DNA of 64,000 nt from Octopus sinensis (GCF_006345805.1 NC_043005.1:57536001-57600000); one strand, 5' to 3'; counted from the stretch's first letter, positions 1 through 14,088 are shown. Program-made: numbers and translations. The notes: generated by a model from the sequence alone, not told the origin.

Positions 1-527
1 TCTTAATTTATTGATAGCTTATACTATCAATTGAGCTAAGTTCCAAGTTTGAACCCATTAACCTTCCATGTAAATGGAAGTGATTTTTATGAATTGTCAA
101 TTAAATTTATATATATATATATATATACACAAAATGGGACAAGAACGCAAAAAATCCAGACAGTTAGGTGATACAAGGAAGGGACAACAAAACATCCAGA
201 TAGACGATTCAAAGAAAACAAGTACGGGTCATTCGGACTATTCTTTCCTCAGTCGAGTTCCAGATTATCTTTGCAATTTCGGCTGGTTATACTCGAGATT
301 GCTCCAATCTGGCCAGGCCCAAGGAAAAACTAAGCTAAGAGCATTAGATTCCTTGGAAGAAAGCAGCGAATGTATATGAAAACAAGGACGGAAATAAAGG
401 AAGAAATTTACACAAATGCAAATAACAGGACATAACAACAGGTGTCTTTCGACCTAGGACGATTTAAATTAAGCTGGTGTATGTGGAAGTAAAGCCTATA
501 ATAAGAATATATATATATATATACTTA

Positions 528-885
528 TTATTTGTTTCAGTCCTTTGACTGTGGCCATGCTGGAGCACCGCCTTTAGTCGAGCAAATCGACTCCAGGACT
601 TATTCTTTGTAAGCCTAGTACTTATTCTATCCGTCTCTTTTGCCGAACCGCTAAGTTACGGGGACGTAAACACACCAGCATCGGTTGTCAAGCGATGGTG
701 GGGGCACGATCACACACACGCACATATACGATGGGCTTCTTTCAGTTCCGGTCTACCAAATCCACTCACAAGGTCGGCCGAGGCTATAGTAGAAGACACT
801 TGACCAAAGTGCTACGCAATGGGACTGAACCCAGAACCATGTGGTTGGTAAGAAAGCTACTTACCACACAGCCACTCCTGCGCCT
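528..885 (-). mobile_element. tRNA-derived SINE, family A (octopus-type)
   Basis: Reverse complement matches the + copy at 2719-3160 (head AGGCGCAGGAGTGGCTGTGTGGTAAG, B-box-like GGTTCAGTCC, tail GGCGGTGCTCCAGCATGGCC). Confidence 0.85.
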
Positions 886-1236
886 GTACAATATTTTTTC
901 AAATATTTCAAAAATAAAAGTTTTATTTAACCAAATTTTTTTCCATGACTAAAATTTTGCGTTGATCTCATCTATCTACCTGCCATGTCTTTGGATTTAC
1001 CTTAAAATTGATCATCAATAATCTAATAGTTTATTTAAGCGTTTAACTTAGGTACCATTTGCCTACCTCCTCTCGCATGAACAATATGCTTCTTCGTTTC
1101 GGCTTCCGTAATTTAAAATTTTAATGTTATCTTAAAACGTCTTTATGCTTCCAAATTATATATTTTGAACTCTTAAATCTCTTGAATCTTTTAAATGTAC
1201 CTCTGATAAGAGAAATGTGGTCAATTATTAAGAAAA

Positions 1237-2200
1237 TGTGGAACGCGTCAGACAAGCTTTGATACGGAGTTCGGATCGCTCTGCTCGGAGGCATTCCATT
1301 GAACTTGGCATTGATAATCGATAGATAAGGCGTATTTTGTATGAAAACCTCCATTTCCACCCGCACAAATTGGTCATTGGGCAACAGTTGAAACCACGGG
1401 ATTATGCACAGCGGCTTAACTTCACACGTTAGATGGAAGCAGTTTTTTGAGGCACATAAAAATCTCATTTTGTTAATGAGTGATGAAGCTCATTTTCATC
1501 TCAATGCTATGGTGAATCAACAGAACTGTCATTATTGGGCTCTTGAAAATCCGAGAGAACTGAACGAAAGACCACTGCACAGCCAAAAAGTGACGGTCTA
1601 GTGTGCTACTGGAAAATCTGCCGTTATTGGTCCTTACTTTTTTGAAAACAATAATGGAAATACTGTTACAGTGAACTCAGAGCGTTACATCAAGATGATA
1701 AACAACTTATTTGCGCCTGACTTATGACGAAAACGTATGCCTATTCGACGTGTGTGGTTTCAGCAGGATGGGGCGACGGCCCACACGACCAGAGCATCAA
1801 TGGACGTTCTTTGCCCTCTCTTCGGTGACCGCCTCATTTCCAGGTTTGCTGACATTCGGTCCGCTGATTTGTCCATGTGTGATTATTTCTTGTCGGGAAA
1901 TCTCAAGGCAGGTGTATGCGCACAAGGCCCGTACATATGAGGATCTGAAGGAAGCTATTCGCGGGGAAGTCGCCCAAATCGACAGAGCAATGCTGGAGAG
2001 AGTAGAGGCCAACTTCCAAGAACGCCTTCAAAAATGCTACAAGGAAAACGAACAACAAATGATGGATCTTGTTTTCCACACTTAATTCTGGCAAATGCTA
2101 ATTTAATACAAACACATTGATGTCAATAAAATTTGTTTGCAGCTAAAATTAATGATTTGGAGACTTTTTCAAAAACGTCCGTCCTCTCTGCCCCACCCTG
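1237..2200 (+). mobile_element. 5'-truncated Tc1/mariner transposase remnant (DD37D/maT-like) with right TIR
   Basis: Broken frames give SDEAHFHL..VNQQNCHYWA.ENP, PLHSQKVTV, GPYFFE..TVNSERY, WFQQDGATAH and SADLSMCDYF; ends ..CCCCACCCTG followed by TA. Confidence 0.9.
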
Positions 2201-2718
2201 TATTATCAGTCATTTGTTTCAGTCGTTGGATTGCAGCCATGCTGGGGCACCACCTTGAACAGTTTAGTTGAACAAATTGAGCCTGATACTAATTCTGTCG
2301 TTCTCTTTTGTTGAACCACTAAGTTATGGGACCGCCAGTGTTAGTTTATGATCCAGTAACTAAATGCTGCGGAAAAAGAGGCCGATAAAATAAGTACCAG
2401 GCTTAAAATATAAACACTGGGGTAGCGTTGTTCGACTAACCCTTTCAAAGCTGTGACCCAGCATGGCTGTGATCCAATAACTGAAACTTGTATTTAGAAA
2501 AAATGGACGAAATGCAATGTTAACTTTTGCAGAATTTGAACTCATAACGTAAGGAACCGTCAGAAATACTAAAAGTAATCTACCTAATCTCTAGCAGTTC
2601 CACCTATCCATCATATTTCATTTTATCGAATCGAAAAGACACGAACTGAACTCAGAAAATAAAGGGCCGGAAGATATACTGTAAAGAATATATTTACTAA
2701 CGATTTAATGATTCATAT

Positions 2719-2899
2719 AGGCGCAGGAATGGCTGTGTGGTAAGTAGCTTGCTAACCAACCACATGGTCCCGGGTTCAGTCCCACTGCGTGGCATCTTGG
2801 GCAAGTGTCTTCTGCTATAGCCCCGGGCCGCCCAAAGCCTTGTGAGTGGATTTGGTAGACGGAAACTGAAAGAAGCCTGTCGTATATGTATATATATAT

Positions 2900-2965
<66 letters not shown>

Positions 2966-3160
2966 GTCTCCCTAGCATTGCTTGACAACCGATGCTGGTG
3001 TGTTTACGTCCCCGTCACTTAGCGGTTCGGCAAAAGAGGCCGATAGAATAAGTACTGGGCTTACAAAGAATAAGTTCCGGGGTCGATTTGCTCGACTAAA
3101 GGCGGTGCTCCAGCATGGCCGCAGTCAAATGACTGAAACAAGTAACAGAGTAAAAGAGTA
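2719..3160 (+). mobile_element. Full-length family A SINE with internal (TA)/(TG) microsatellite
   Basis: tRNA-like head with A/B-box-like motifs, internal microsatellite, AAGAGTA-type tail; many partial copies in the window. Confidence 0.9.
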
Positions 3161-3972
3161 TACCACAAAGAATTTCGTGACTAACGATTTTACAAATTTA
3201 TACATGCTTTGCTCGCGGGGCTCAGAATAAATACCAAAACATGCTTCGAATTGTCTACTAAATTTGCCCAAAACAGAAAGAAATACAATCCGTTGTTATT
3301 AACTAACATTTCTTTCACTTTATTATATTTTCTCTGCCAAGTGATTATTTCCAGTTCTCCCTGTATCAAATAAGTTAGCATGAAATCATTCGTTTTCATA
3401 GGAATTACATCCGTGCGTTCGTTAATTTGTTAGCTGGATTTATTTTTAGCGTACGCCAAAATTCTTGTGATTTATGGCCAGTTTTATTAGTAATTCTCTG
3501 TATTTCTCTGTATTTCTCTGCTTTCGTTTTGTTGATATTTTCTTGTTTTATTTCACGTTTATACTGGTATTACTATCATGTTTTATGAAGCCGGCTCTAA
3601 CATTTCCAGAATGTTCTCTGTTGGCAATTATTGAAGTAATAATTATTACCAATCGTAAATGTTGAGCAACTGCAACCGTTGCACTCTGACCGACTCTGCT
3701 TCGTCCGCCGTTATTGTTAGCACGATCAGAATCTAAGCCGTCACTCCAAGTAGTTGCTTGACCAGCTAGAAATAGTAGTCAAATCTCCTTAAAATCACAC
3801 ACAAAGACTTAAGAAGGACATGCTAGATTATATATACAAGCATATACTTATACAGAAACGCACACATATATACATATATGTATAATATATATGTAACATA
3901 TACTAACACACGCATATATATATATATATGTATATACACATACATATATGTACACACATATCACACACATTA

Positions 3973-4963
3973 TAGTTAGTTAGTTAGTTAATTTGGCTCA
4001 AAAGCAAATAGCAAGGCCATGTAGGGGGACATGGAGTTAAGTACAGGGTGGTGTTCATGTAAAGAGTTCAGGCCACTTGAGGTCCAGGGAGGCTTTGAAC
4101 AAAGCGGTCGTCGGCATCTTCACCATCTCGTCTGGCAGCTTGTTCCACGGATCCGCAACCCGGACGGAGAAAGCTCCTCTCCTTCGATTGAGATGAAATC
4201 GTCGCAGGTAGAGCTTTTCGGAATGACCCCGCAGCCGACGCTCCGGAGCAGGAGTGAAGAACAGCTCTTTCGAGAGGTTACACTTCCCGCTTATGATATT
4301 GTGGGCGAGAATGAGATCACCACGGCGGCGGCGTTTTTCTAGAGAATAAAGGTCGAGCGTCCTCAGCCTTTCTTCGTAGGACAAATTTTTGAGACCATGA
4401 ACCATGCGGGTAGCCAGCCTCTGGACTCTTTCGAGGTGCTGTATGTCTTTGAGGAGATAAGGAGAAGAGGCTTGAATCCCATACTCCAATATGGGTCTCA
4501 CCAGCGTGACATAGAGTGGCAGGAATATGGCTGCTGTGAGCATTCCGAATGACCGTCGAATCAAAAACAGAATTCCGCGCGCTTTGTTGGCAGCATGGAC
4601 GCACTGGGCCGAAGGCGAAAAGGAGGAATCCACCAAGATACCCAGGTCCTTTACCTGATCGGTCCTCTCCAGCAGCAGACGACCCGGCTCGAAATCAAGT
4701 TGAGTTGCAGGAGTAGAGCCGACAGGCAGATGACAGCACTTTGACACGTTCAGACACAGGTCCCAATCGTTAGACCACTTCCAAATTTGGTGGAGGCATC
4801 GACGAAGATCCTCTATACTACGGCGAGGAGCGACCAGTTTGATATCGTCGGCAAATAGAAGGGTGTGTTGCGTGAGGTCGTCGGGCAAGTCATTTATGAA
4901 GACTAAGAACAACAAGGGTCCAAGCACTGAACCTTGAGGCACGCCACTGCTCGCACTGGAGAC
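3973..4963 (-). mobile_element. 5'-truncated CR1-like LINE with uninterrupted RT/thumb frame and (ACTA)n tail
   Basis: Frame 4963->4055 reads [57 protein letters not shown]; tandem 4-mer tail at 3973-3990. Confidence 0.93.
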
Positions 4964-4996
4964 GTGTATATATATATATACACACACATATATTCC

Positions 4997-5054
<58 letters not shown>

Positions 5055-5726
5055 CATGTATATATATTTACATGTGTATTCATATATATGTATACACATA
5101 CATATATTACATACATGCATACATATATAAATTTATGCACACACACACATATGCTTATAAGATGAATGTCTCATTTTGTCGGATGGTAACTCTCTCAATT
5201 CAGTCTGTATGCTCTGATTTACTCTCCTTGCATGTTGCATATGACTTTTCCCCATGCATCTATTCTCATAAGACTTTATAAAATACAAAACAGATCAAGA
5301 AATGATAGTGACACCTCTGTACGTTATTGGATTTAAGGGACAAAATCTTACACAACACTTTTGCCTTTCTCTCGGTTGCCATAGTAAGTTCCTGTGATAA
5401 GCATTGCAAGATAACTGGTACTATTTTGACTGAAATTTTTGTCATAGTATCTTTCTCCTAGAACAGCTGCCTTCCTTACAGCTTTCTCAAAGACAACAGG
5501 GGGCGGGGACTTCTCTTCTACTCCTGGGAAAAACTATGCTAATCATAAATTGGACCCTGACAGGTCCGCGTCAAAACGGACCATTGGAATAATGGTCATT
5601 AGGGGTAACTCCGTGCACCCCACATTTCCTGAACTCCCGAAGAGGATCCTCATACCGGATGCAGTTTAATGTATTATCCGGACATACATACATACATGCA
5701 CACACGTGTGTGTGTATATGTGGATG

Positions 5727-5785
<59 letters not shown>

Positions 5786-5816
5786 CAAACACACATATAT
5801 ATTCATATATATACAC

Positions 5817-5877
<61 letters not shown>

Positions 5878-6571
5878 TATATATAAATCCTTAAATCCTT
5901 AAAAATGTTTCAGCCCGAAGGCTGCGGCCATGCTGGGGCACCACCGCTGTATACATGCATATATACATAAACATACACATATACATATATATATATACAT
6001 ATATATATGCATACATATATATACATATACATATATATATATACATATACGTATATATACATATACATATATACATATATACATATATATACATATACGT
6101 ATATATATAAATACATATATATACACATATACATATGCATATACATATATATACATATACATATACATATATGAATACGTTTGTATTTACATATACATAC
6201 ATATATTCACTGGAAGTGATCTTTATGTATGACTAATATATTTTAACAGCCAAGGGAAATAACCCAATCATTTTCCTATATTATTTAGTATAAATGAAAT
6301 TGAGTACGCTTATTTCTTAGTATTTGAACTGTTAGAGTTAGTCTCGCAATTTATCCAGTACAACCCTTAAACAAGTAAATAGAATTTTCCTAAACAATAG
6401 ACCCACTTATTTCGCTTAGTGACATATTCACTAATATACCATGAATGACGATACCTTCCATGTCACTTCAGCCAATTGACAAGCGCTGCATGAAGAACTG
6501 TTCTACTTTTAGACAAATGCACTGCCAACAGAAAGGTCACACCCTGTTTACATGCAGGAACACCTTAAAAT

Positions 6572-6999
6572 CTATCTGTACATCTTGAAAATGGCCAGCG
6601 TGTATATTTCACAGAAGACAATGCTCGAAACGTAGTTCTGAATCCATGAGAAACCACTTTGACAGATTTCTTCAAATTATGCCAATGTGATCTGTTTGCC
6701 CGAACACTGATGTATGTAGAGGTTCCCGTGTATTACACCTGGGCTCACAAAAGATGAAACAGACGCAAGCAAGGAGCACGCATTGAGGGCTGGGAAGAAC
6801 ATGCTGTCTTCAGAAGTGGGGCCACCGGGCGGGTGTACACTGTGCACCCTAATCAGCAGGTGTGCTTCTTTCTGCATCTACTGCTACAGACTGTCAGAGG
6901 TCCTGCATCATTGACAGTCTTTCGAAGACACAATAGGAAGTCTACATGACCTATGGAGAAGCCTGCACCAAACATGGACTACTGGAGAATGATTATCAC
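6572..6999 (+). pseudogene. Helitron Rep-helicase fragment
   Basis: LSVHLENGQRVYFTEDN..TTLTDFFKLCQCDLFARTLMYVEVPVYYTW..GRVYTVHPNQ..LLLQTVRGP..TYGEACTKHGLLEND with stops and a frameshift. Confidence 0.88.
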
Positions 7000-7000
7000 C

Positions 7001-7960
7001 CGAACCAGACACTGGAGGAGGCAGCAATCAGCACAACAATCAGCACACCTCCTCTGGGTTTTGTTCCGATTGCAAGTTCTCCGTAGAGCATGATCTTTGG
7101 GAGACGAGAGGGCTCCATACACTGGACGTGACCCCCGCCCTCCAGCAGAGATGATGGCATAGAATGGTGACTTCGACATTTGGTAGTGAGGTGCGGCGAA
7201 GAACCTCGTTGTTGGCTTTGTGATCTTCCCATTGTATGTTGAGGATCTGTCGTAGCTTCGATTGCTGGAAGCATTCAAGGCACTTGAAGTCACGGCGGTA
7301 CAACGTCCAAGTCTCACAAGCGTAGAGTTGACAGGACAATGACTCAGAAAACCATGATCTTTGTCCGGATGGTCAGCGCGTGATTGAAGAATACACGTTG
7401 GCAGTGTCTGCCGAAGGAGGAGTGGGTCGCTCCAATCCGGTTCTTCATGTCCTTTTCACACGTGGAGGGGGGGAGGTCTTCGAAAGGATACTTCTAAGGT
7501 ATGTGAAGTGTTCAACTTTTTCTAGGAGTTGGCCGTTGATTCTAATGCTTGTGGGTGGTCTGGTGCAGGTTGGATCAGTGTCTTGGTCTTTAATGTGTTT
7601 ACCTGCTTCCCTAAGCGTTCGTATGCCGCGTTGTAAAGATCGACCGTCCTTTGTAGGCCATCTGCAGTCCGGCTCGGAGTGGCATTGTCGTCGGCACACT
7701 GTACCTCACAGATTGAGATAGCGGAGGTCATTGTCTTTGCACGGAGGCGTGCGAGACTGAAGAGTCCGGCATCCAAGCAATAGTGCATGTTGATGATGGA
7801 AGACGAGTCTAGTGGGATTTCGTTGAACATGGCGGCCATGTACAAAGAGAAATAAGTTGGTGCCAGGACGCAACCTTGTTTAAAATCCCCAGTGATGGGA
7901 AACGGGTCTGTGAGGGCACTTTGATGGTATACCCTACCCACCATGACGTCGTGGAGGGAG
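7001..7960 (-). mobile_element. RTE-clade (BovB-like) LINE RT remnant
   Basis: KQGCVLAPTYFSLY, CADD, VNTLKTK, EKVEHFTYL and LYACETWTLYRR in shifted frames. Confidence 0.88.
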
Positions 7961-8560
7961 CGACGTCATGGAGAGCGACCATCTAAGATTTGCCGCCAAT
8001 GTGTAGTCACGGACTAGAGGCTTCCAGCTTTCCGGACCTGCCTCCGGTACCCACGATGCCATCGACATTGGGCTTTTCGAGACAAATTAGAAAGCCGAAG
8101 CCATTCGCTGAGTAACTTATTCGAGGTGATCGTGGCTGCGCGACGGCCACGCGCACGCACTTGGCCAGGTACTTCTCCCCTGCGGCTCAAGAATTGAGAC
8201 GTGCAGTCTTGACGAGGCTTGTTGCAGCGAGCTGCTGGAGTCTATCCGTCTCTGTCACGCCTGGCCGCCAGGCGTTGCCCTCTTCCACCGGAGTCAATCC
8301 TTGGGGGCTTGTGATAGCCCTCCTCTGCTTGCTCCGCCGTTGGGATCTTGGTGTTGGTGTTTTGTCATGTTTAGTCTGGGACCTCATCCTTAACCTTGCC
8401 GCCATGGGTGGCCCTACCAGGAGTCTAAGACTCCAGACGGTATCGCTCTCAGAATCATTGGAACACACAAACTCTTCCACCACGACAAGGGACGACCAAC
8501 AGAACAGTAGTTCTTATATTCAGCAGGTCAAGCGAGTATGCTGAGATCCGTGTTTGGCTC
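7961..8560 (-). mobile_element. GC-rich segment, probable 5' part of the same RTE element
   Basis: Contiguous with the RT remnant, GC-rich, no recognisable protein motif; assignment is inferred. Confidence 0.4.
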
Positions 8561-9195
8561 GTTGCTGGTTGGTCATCATTGTTAATTTGTTGTTGCTGTT
8601 TCAAAAGGTAATTAACACACTACCGTTATGACAAGCCTCCTATTGGTCACACAGCCCTATTACCGCCACCGCCATCACCACCGCCAACACCGTCACCATC
8701 GCCGCCATCGCCGCCGCTACCATCACCACACCTCCAACCTCTTTAAACCTTACTCTTATTACATCACTATTCTGCTTGAAGTAAATACTCCAGGCACTTG
8801 ACGCTAATATAGAAAGAAGTGAAAGACAATGAAGAGAGGACGGCCGTACGTAGTAAATAACAATAAGTATACGTTTGGAAGATGAAAGCAGTGAAGAGGA
8901 AGGGGAGAAGAGGGGGGAGGGGAAGGAGAGAAGGACGAGGGATGGAGGGTTGGAGGGTTGGAGGAGGAGGAGGAGGAGGTATGAAAAGAATGAAAGCAGA
9001 AGAGTAGTATAAAAGAAAAAAAATTATTATAAAGCTATAAAGGAATCACATGGAAGTATTTGAAACAGAGAAGTTATAAAAAATATAAGGTCAAGAATTT
9101 TATTTGTGTATGTATAGACACACAAGCGCGCGCACACAGGAGTGAGTGGGCAAAAGCAAGGTACTCAGCATACTTAGTACGAGTTACATGTATTA

Positions 9196-9832
9196 AAAGT
9201 TTCCTAGGCTTCATGCAGAGTGGAGGCGCGTGGCTTGGTCGTTAGGGTGTCAGCATCATGATCGTAATATTGTGGTTTCGATTCCTGGACCGGGCGACGC
9301 GTTGTGTTCTTGAGCAAAACACTTCATTTCCCGTTGCTCCACTCCACTCAGCTGGCAAAAATGAGTATCGCTGCGATGGACTGGCGTGTCGTCCAGCTGG
9401 GGAACACATATGTCACAGAAACCGGGAAACCGGACCCATGAACCTGGCTAGGCTTTAAAAAGGGCGCAAGAAAAGAAAAAAATAAAGGCTTCATGCAGAA
9501 GCCTAACTCGTTCGCGTTCAGATTACTGAATGAAGACGCACAGGAAGTCCAAAGTGACTGCTGGAAAATGGGTTGCTGATAAATAGGCTTTCTCTGGTCA
9601 AGGAGGATCGAAAGATATTGTCTGTGTAAGATCGACGATACAGCGACAACAGTTCCATTAGACAGGTGAAGCTGAATCTTCGCTCTTACGCTGACAACAT
9701 CATGTGACCCACCGACCCGCCTTGACCAAAAGCAACCCATATTCCAGTAGCCATCTTGGACTGCTTATACTCTTCTATTTAGTAATCTGGGCGCGAACGA
9801 GCTAGGTTTCAGTATGAAGCCTACGAAACTTT
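9196..9832. mobile_element. Fold-back/MITE-like element with about 100-bp imperfect inverted arms
   Basis: After removing the nested SINE, the left arm AAAGTTTCCTAGGCTTCATG..ATGGGTTGCT pairs with the right arm AGCAACCCAT..GAAGCCTACGAAACTTT. Confidence 0.75.
9220..9485 (+). mobile_element. Family C SINE with 14-bp target-site duplication (TSD)
   Basis: tRNA-like head (GGTTTCGATTCC), A-rich tail, TSD AGGCTTCATGCAGA at 9206-9219 and 9486-9499. Confidence 0.9.
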
Positions 9833-10949
9833 CAGTCGCATAGAACCGAATCAAGCTATTTTAAAGAACAATATGTGTATGTATACATTTTCATTTAAAA
9901 CAGCCAGGTACGACCCTGTGCGAGTGAAAGTGAAAGTTTCCTAGGTGTCTAACAGAATCCTAGCTTGTCGATCTTAACCGAATGGAAACGATACAGAAAG
10001 TCCAAGATGGCTACCGGAAACTGGACTGTCATTGGTCACGGTGGGCCACGTAGTGTTGTTAGAAGTGAGGTCACATATATAAGACCGTTGTGTGTGTGTG
10101 TGTGTGTATGTACAATAGCCTTTAGCACAGTTTTCGTCTACAGTTTCCGTCACTCACAACGCAATGAAGACCGGGGTTGTCGTAGATGACCCATATTCAA
10201 GGTGTTGTGGGGTAAGACTAAACCTGAAACTATATGGAAGCGAAACGAACTTCTTGACCATTCAGCCATTCATATATGCGTGAATGTGTGTGTGTGTGTG
10301 ACTGTGTGAGTGTGTGTGTATGTGTGACTGTGTGTGTGTGTGTGTGTGTGTGAGTGTTTGAGGGTGTGAGTGAGTGTAGGTGTGAGTGTGTGATGTGTGT
10401 GTGCGCACGCGCGTGTGTGTGTACGAGGTTGATCACAGGATGTGTCACAAGCTACTGAGACTTGGCAAGTTAGAAAAATGGGTTAGTGGTTACATGGTTT
10501 ATTAAAAGACAGAAGCCAGACTGTAACACCCAATGGGGTCTTCTCTAAGTATTAGCGAGTGGAGTTTCTTAAGGAACTATGTTGAGGTCGCTGCTATTTA
10601 TGGTAGTTCTTTAGGACATCCACCAGTCACAGGCAGCCACATTAACTAGCTATGCCGACGACCAAAAAAGTAGTAAAAACAGTCAAGGTACCTTTTGTGC
10701 TAACTTCTTCAGAAAGACCTAGATACCATATATAAACGGGCTGAAAAGAACAACATGCAATTTAATGCAGGAAAATCCTAAGCCCTTCACTATCAGCCAG
10801 CTTCCGTGAACATGCCGCAACGAAGATGCTTTGGACCAAAAGAGTCAAGTACATTGCGAGATCTGGGAATTGATATAAGCACCAAAGCTCATTTCACGTG
10901 CATTTCACCAAGATGGTGGCAATGTACAGGCGAATGGCCGGATGGATTC

Positions 10950-11200
10950 TGAGAACTTTCAGAACAAGGTACCAGAAAACTATGCTGGTCCTATGAAGGA
11001 CATTTGGCCTCAGCTATCTGACCTGGAGTCACCCTACAGTGTCAAACTAATAGCGGGACTTGAGGCAGTTCAACGGTGCTTTACCAGGAATTTCCGGATT
11101 TTAAAAGTTGGCGTTCTTTTTATTGCCAACGAGGGACTGCGTCTGCGCAGTGTATTTTGAAAAAATTAGGATGTATAAACAAGAGGCACATAGTCGATCG
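10950..11200 (+). mobile_element. Highly degraded CR1/L2-like LINE fragment
   Basis: SPYSVKLIAGLEAVQRCFTR resembles the WSP..DI..LE.VQRRFTR motif. Confidence 0.45.
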
Positions 11201-11544
11201 CCTTGTGTTTTTTATACTTAATCTAAAGTGTACCTGTTGAAGAAGATTTCACCTAGCGAATATTATTTATTTGCTAAACTAAAATCAGAAACCAATTGGT
11301 CCAGGAAACTAGATGGTAAAATGTTTTTATTTTTTCATTTCGTTCCTGTCGAATTTTATCCCTAATTTTTGTGGTTATGGAACCTAGCTGTTCTTTCTAG
11401 CATGTTGAATCCCACGAGTGGATTCCTTATGTGTTTAAATGTACACTGTATTTTATGAGTAATACATAGACTTTGGACTAAATTTTTACACGCTAGGCTA
11501 CTGGAAGTGAAAATTTCTATTAATTTCCATTTCCCTTCAATATG

Positions 11545-11586
<42 letters not shown>

Positions 11587-11630
11587 ATATACACACATAC
11601 ACACACACACATACATACATGCATACATAC

Positions 11631-11679
<49 letters not shown>

Positions 11680-11685
11680 CATATT

Positions 11686-11898
11686 GGTTTCAAATTTTGA
11701 CACAAGGCCAGCAACTTCCTGAGTTGAAGTAAGTCGATTACATTGTCCCCAGTGCTCAACTGCTATTTATTTTATCGACCTTTAAAGGATGAAAGGCAAA
11801 ATCGATCTCAACAGCACTTGAACTCAGAGCGTAAAGTCAGAACAAATACCGCTTAGTATTTTTCCCGGTGCGGTAACGATTCTGCTAGCTTACCACCT
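11686..11898 (-). mobile_element. Family B SINE (diverged)
   Basis: Similar to the B copies at 39458-39875 and 40666-40896 (TCTGAGTTCAAAT B-box-like motif, GTCGATAAAAT). Confidence 0.8.
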
Positions 11899-12327
11899 TA
11901 TATACGCACATACGCATATAGATATATATTCTCCTATACATAGATATAATGTGTGTGTGTGGTAAAAAGACAGACAGACGGGCAGGCATGATGGGAGACG
12001 CATAGAAGAGTTTACTCACAGGTGCAAGAGATTATCAAGGGTAAATCCATAGATAAGTACTGGATATATGCGCTCATATATACACTTATATAAACATTGA
12101 TGTACACATTCGTATTCATATACAAACGCACGTATTACACAGGGAACGATGTATACATCCCCACATATATAAATATACGTGTGTATATGTATACATATAT
12201 ACAACCACAAATACATATACATATGCATGCATATACATATAAATATATACATACATATACAAATATATATGTTTGTGTGTATTATATATATGTGAACATA
12301 TATATGCATATATATGCATATATATAT

Positions 12328-12453
<126 letters not shown>

Positions 12454-13101
12454 TATATATATGAAAATAGTAATGCAATACGAGAGTATTGCTTTCCAGT
12501 AAAGGATAGCTCGTGAGGGTAAAATTATACATATAAAAGTAAATAAATGGCACAACGAAGCACCAATATTTACTGGAAAATAGCGAACGTAATAAATACG
12601 ACGCTAATGTATAGCTTCACTGCGTATATACAAGTAAAGATGCATGTGTGCAACAAACATGAAAAAAATTGTCTTACCTCTAGGAAGAACATCTGAAAAA
12701 TGAAAAACCTAGAAACGGATAATGCAGTACCGGTTTCAGATTCTTCAAAACACGTTTGCCAACGTATATTTGATTTATCTTCATCAGCTGCATATACTTC
12801 GACAATATTTCAAATGTTGCCACATCTATGCCAGTACACTCGTCTGAACGCCAAAACGTTAACAGAACGTTAACATCCATTTCACATACTCGTACATACA
12901 TCTTTCACTTTCTCTCTTTCGCTTTCTTTTCTCACTTCAAAGCAAATGTTGCCTTTTCACTTACTCCTCTCTTGCAATTTCTGCTCTCTTCAAAGCATAA
13001 ATAAAGAAGTTTTACAGAAATTAACGACCATATGATTGAATTGACAACTTTGCTGCTTCAAACAAAAGAATGCTATAAAATAACTTCCTTTGGCACGCGC
13101 G

Positions 13102-13172
<71 letters not shown>

Positions 13173-14086
13173 ACATACGCACAAACACACACTAGGAAAA
13201 ACTTCTGTACGAATTATTTTATTCCTTGCTCTAAGCGTGCGCAAAATTACAGCTCAAATCCAATTGAAATGACCTTTTCTATTCTGTAATTTGTGCTTGT
13301 GATGAGCGTATTTAAAAACCTGATCTTCAATATAAACTTAAAAGGAAGTTTTCTCAGAAATCCTGTCCTTTACCTGTTGTTTCTAGCATGTCCAAGGTGA
13401 CATTTGCTCACCCTACTTATATTTTCCTAATTTTTTTTCTGATTCCTGCTTTTGAGATTAGGATTTCGCCCAATAGACACGTTATCAACATTATAATTTT
13501 CTCTCACCCCTCCCCAATTTCTTCATTTTTACTATTTTCCAAATTTTTTTCTTGGAAATCCATGGAAAAAAATACAGAGAGTACGAATCTTTAAGAATTT
13601 TCTTCCTTCTTAAAGAAACACTCAAATCTCCTTCCCAAGCATCCACCCATCACCTTACCACTTTCAAGAAGCTACAATGTTTCACTTTTATCCTTTTGGA
13701 AAGCGGGCAAGTTTCTTCAGAAATAATGTTTCTAGCATGTTGGGTTCTCTCTTGGTAGTCTGGTACTTTTTACGTCTGCTATTTCAGTATAATTATACGC
13801 ATGCGTGAAACATTAGACGAAAGTAAAACATTGGGAGGTTTTAGCTTTTTGAAAGCGGGTAGGTGATAGGCGGGCGAGTTTGGGTAAGGGACATTGACTA
13901 TTTCTTTAAGTAAACTTTAAAAAATATATATTTACCAGATTCGTAATCTCTATTTTTCTACGTAGATAAAAAAAAAAAAGATTCGAAAAAGTTACGAATT
14001 GGATACTAGTATCCATATAACAGTCAACCCCATAAATTTGACCTTAAAAATGGTCTAAATAATTTGACTTTTACAGGAGTCTATAC

Positions 14087-14088
14087 AG

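Larger units (their letters stand above)
5661..8892 (+). repeat. Segmental duplication, copy A (probable source)
   Basis: Near-identical to 14386-17643 from GCAGTTTAATGTATTATCCGG to GATGAAAGCAGT; about a dozen differences seen outside microsatellites. Confidence 0.97.

Noticed and set aside
130-470. Minus-strand CTGAGGA..CGAA motif in a repeat ending at (TA)n
   Set aside because: No pairing for stems I and II and no GAAA-NUH geometry
6610-6640. GCTCGAAACGT as a hammerhead
   Set aside because: Lies within Helitron coding sequence, with no CUGANGA core or stems
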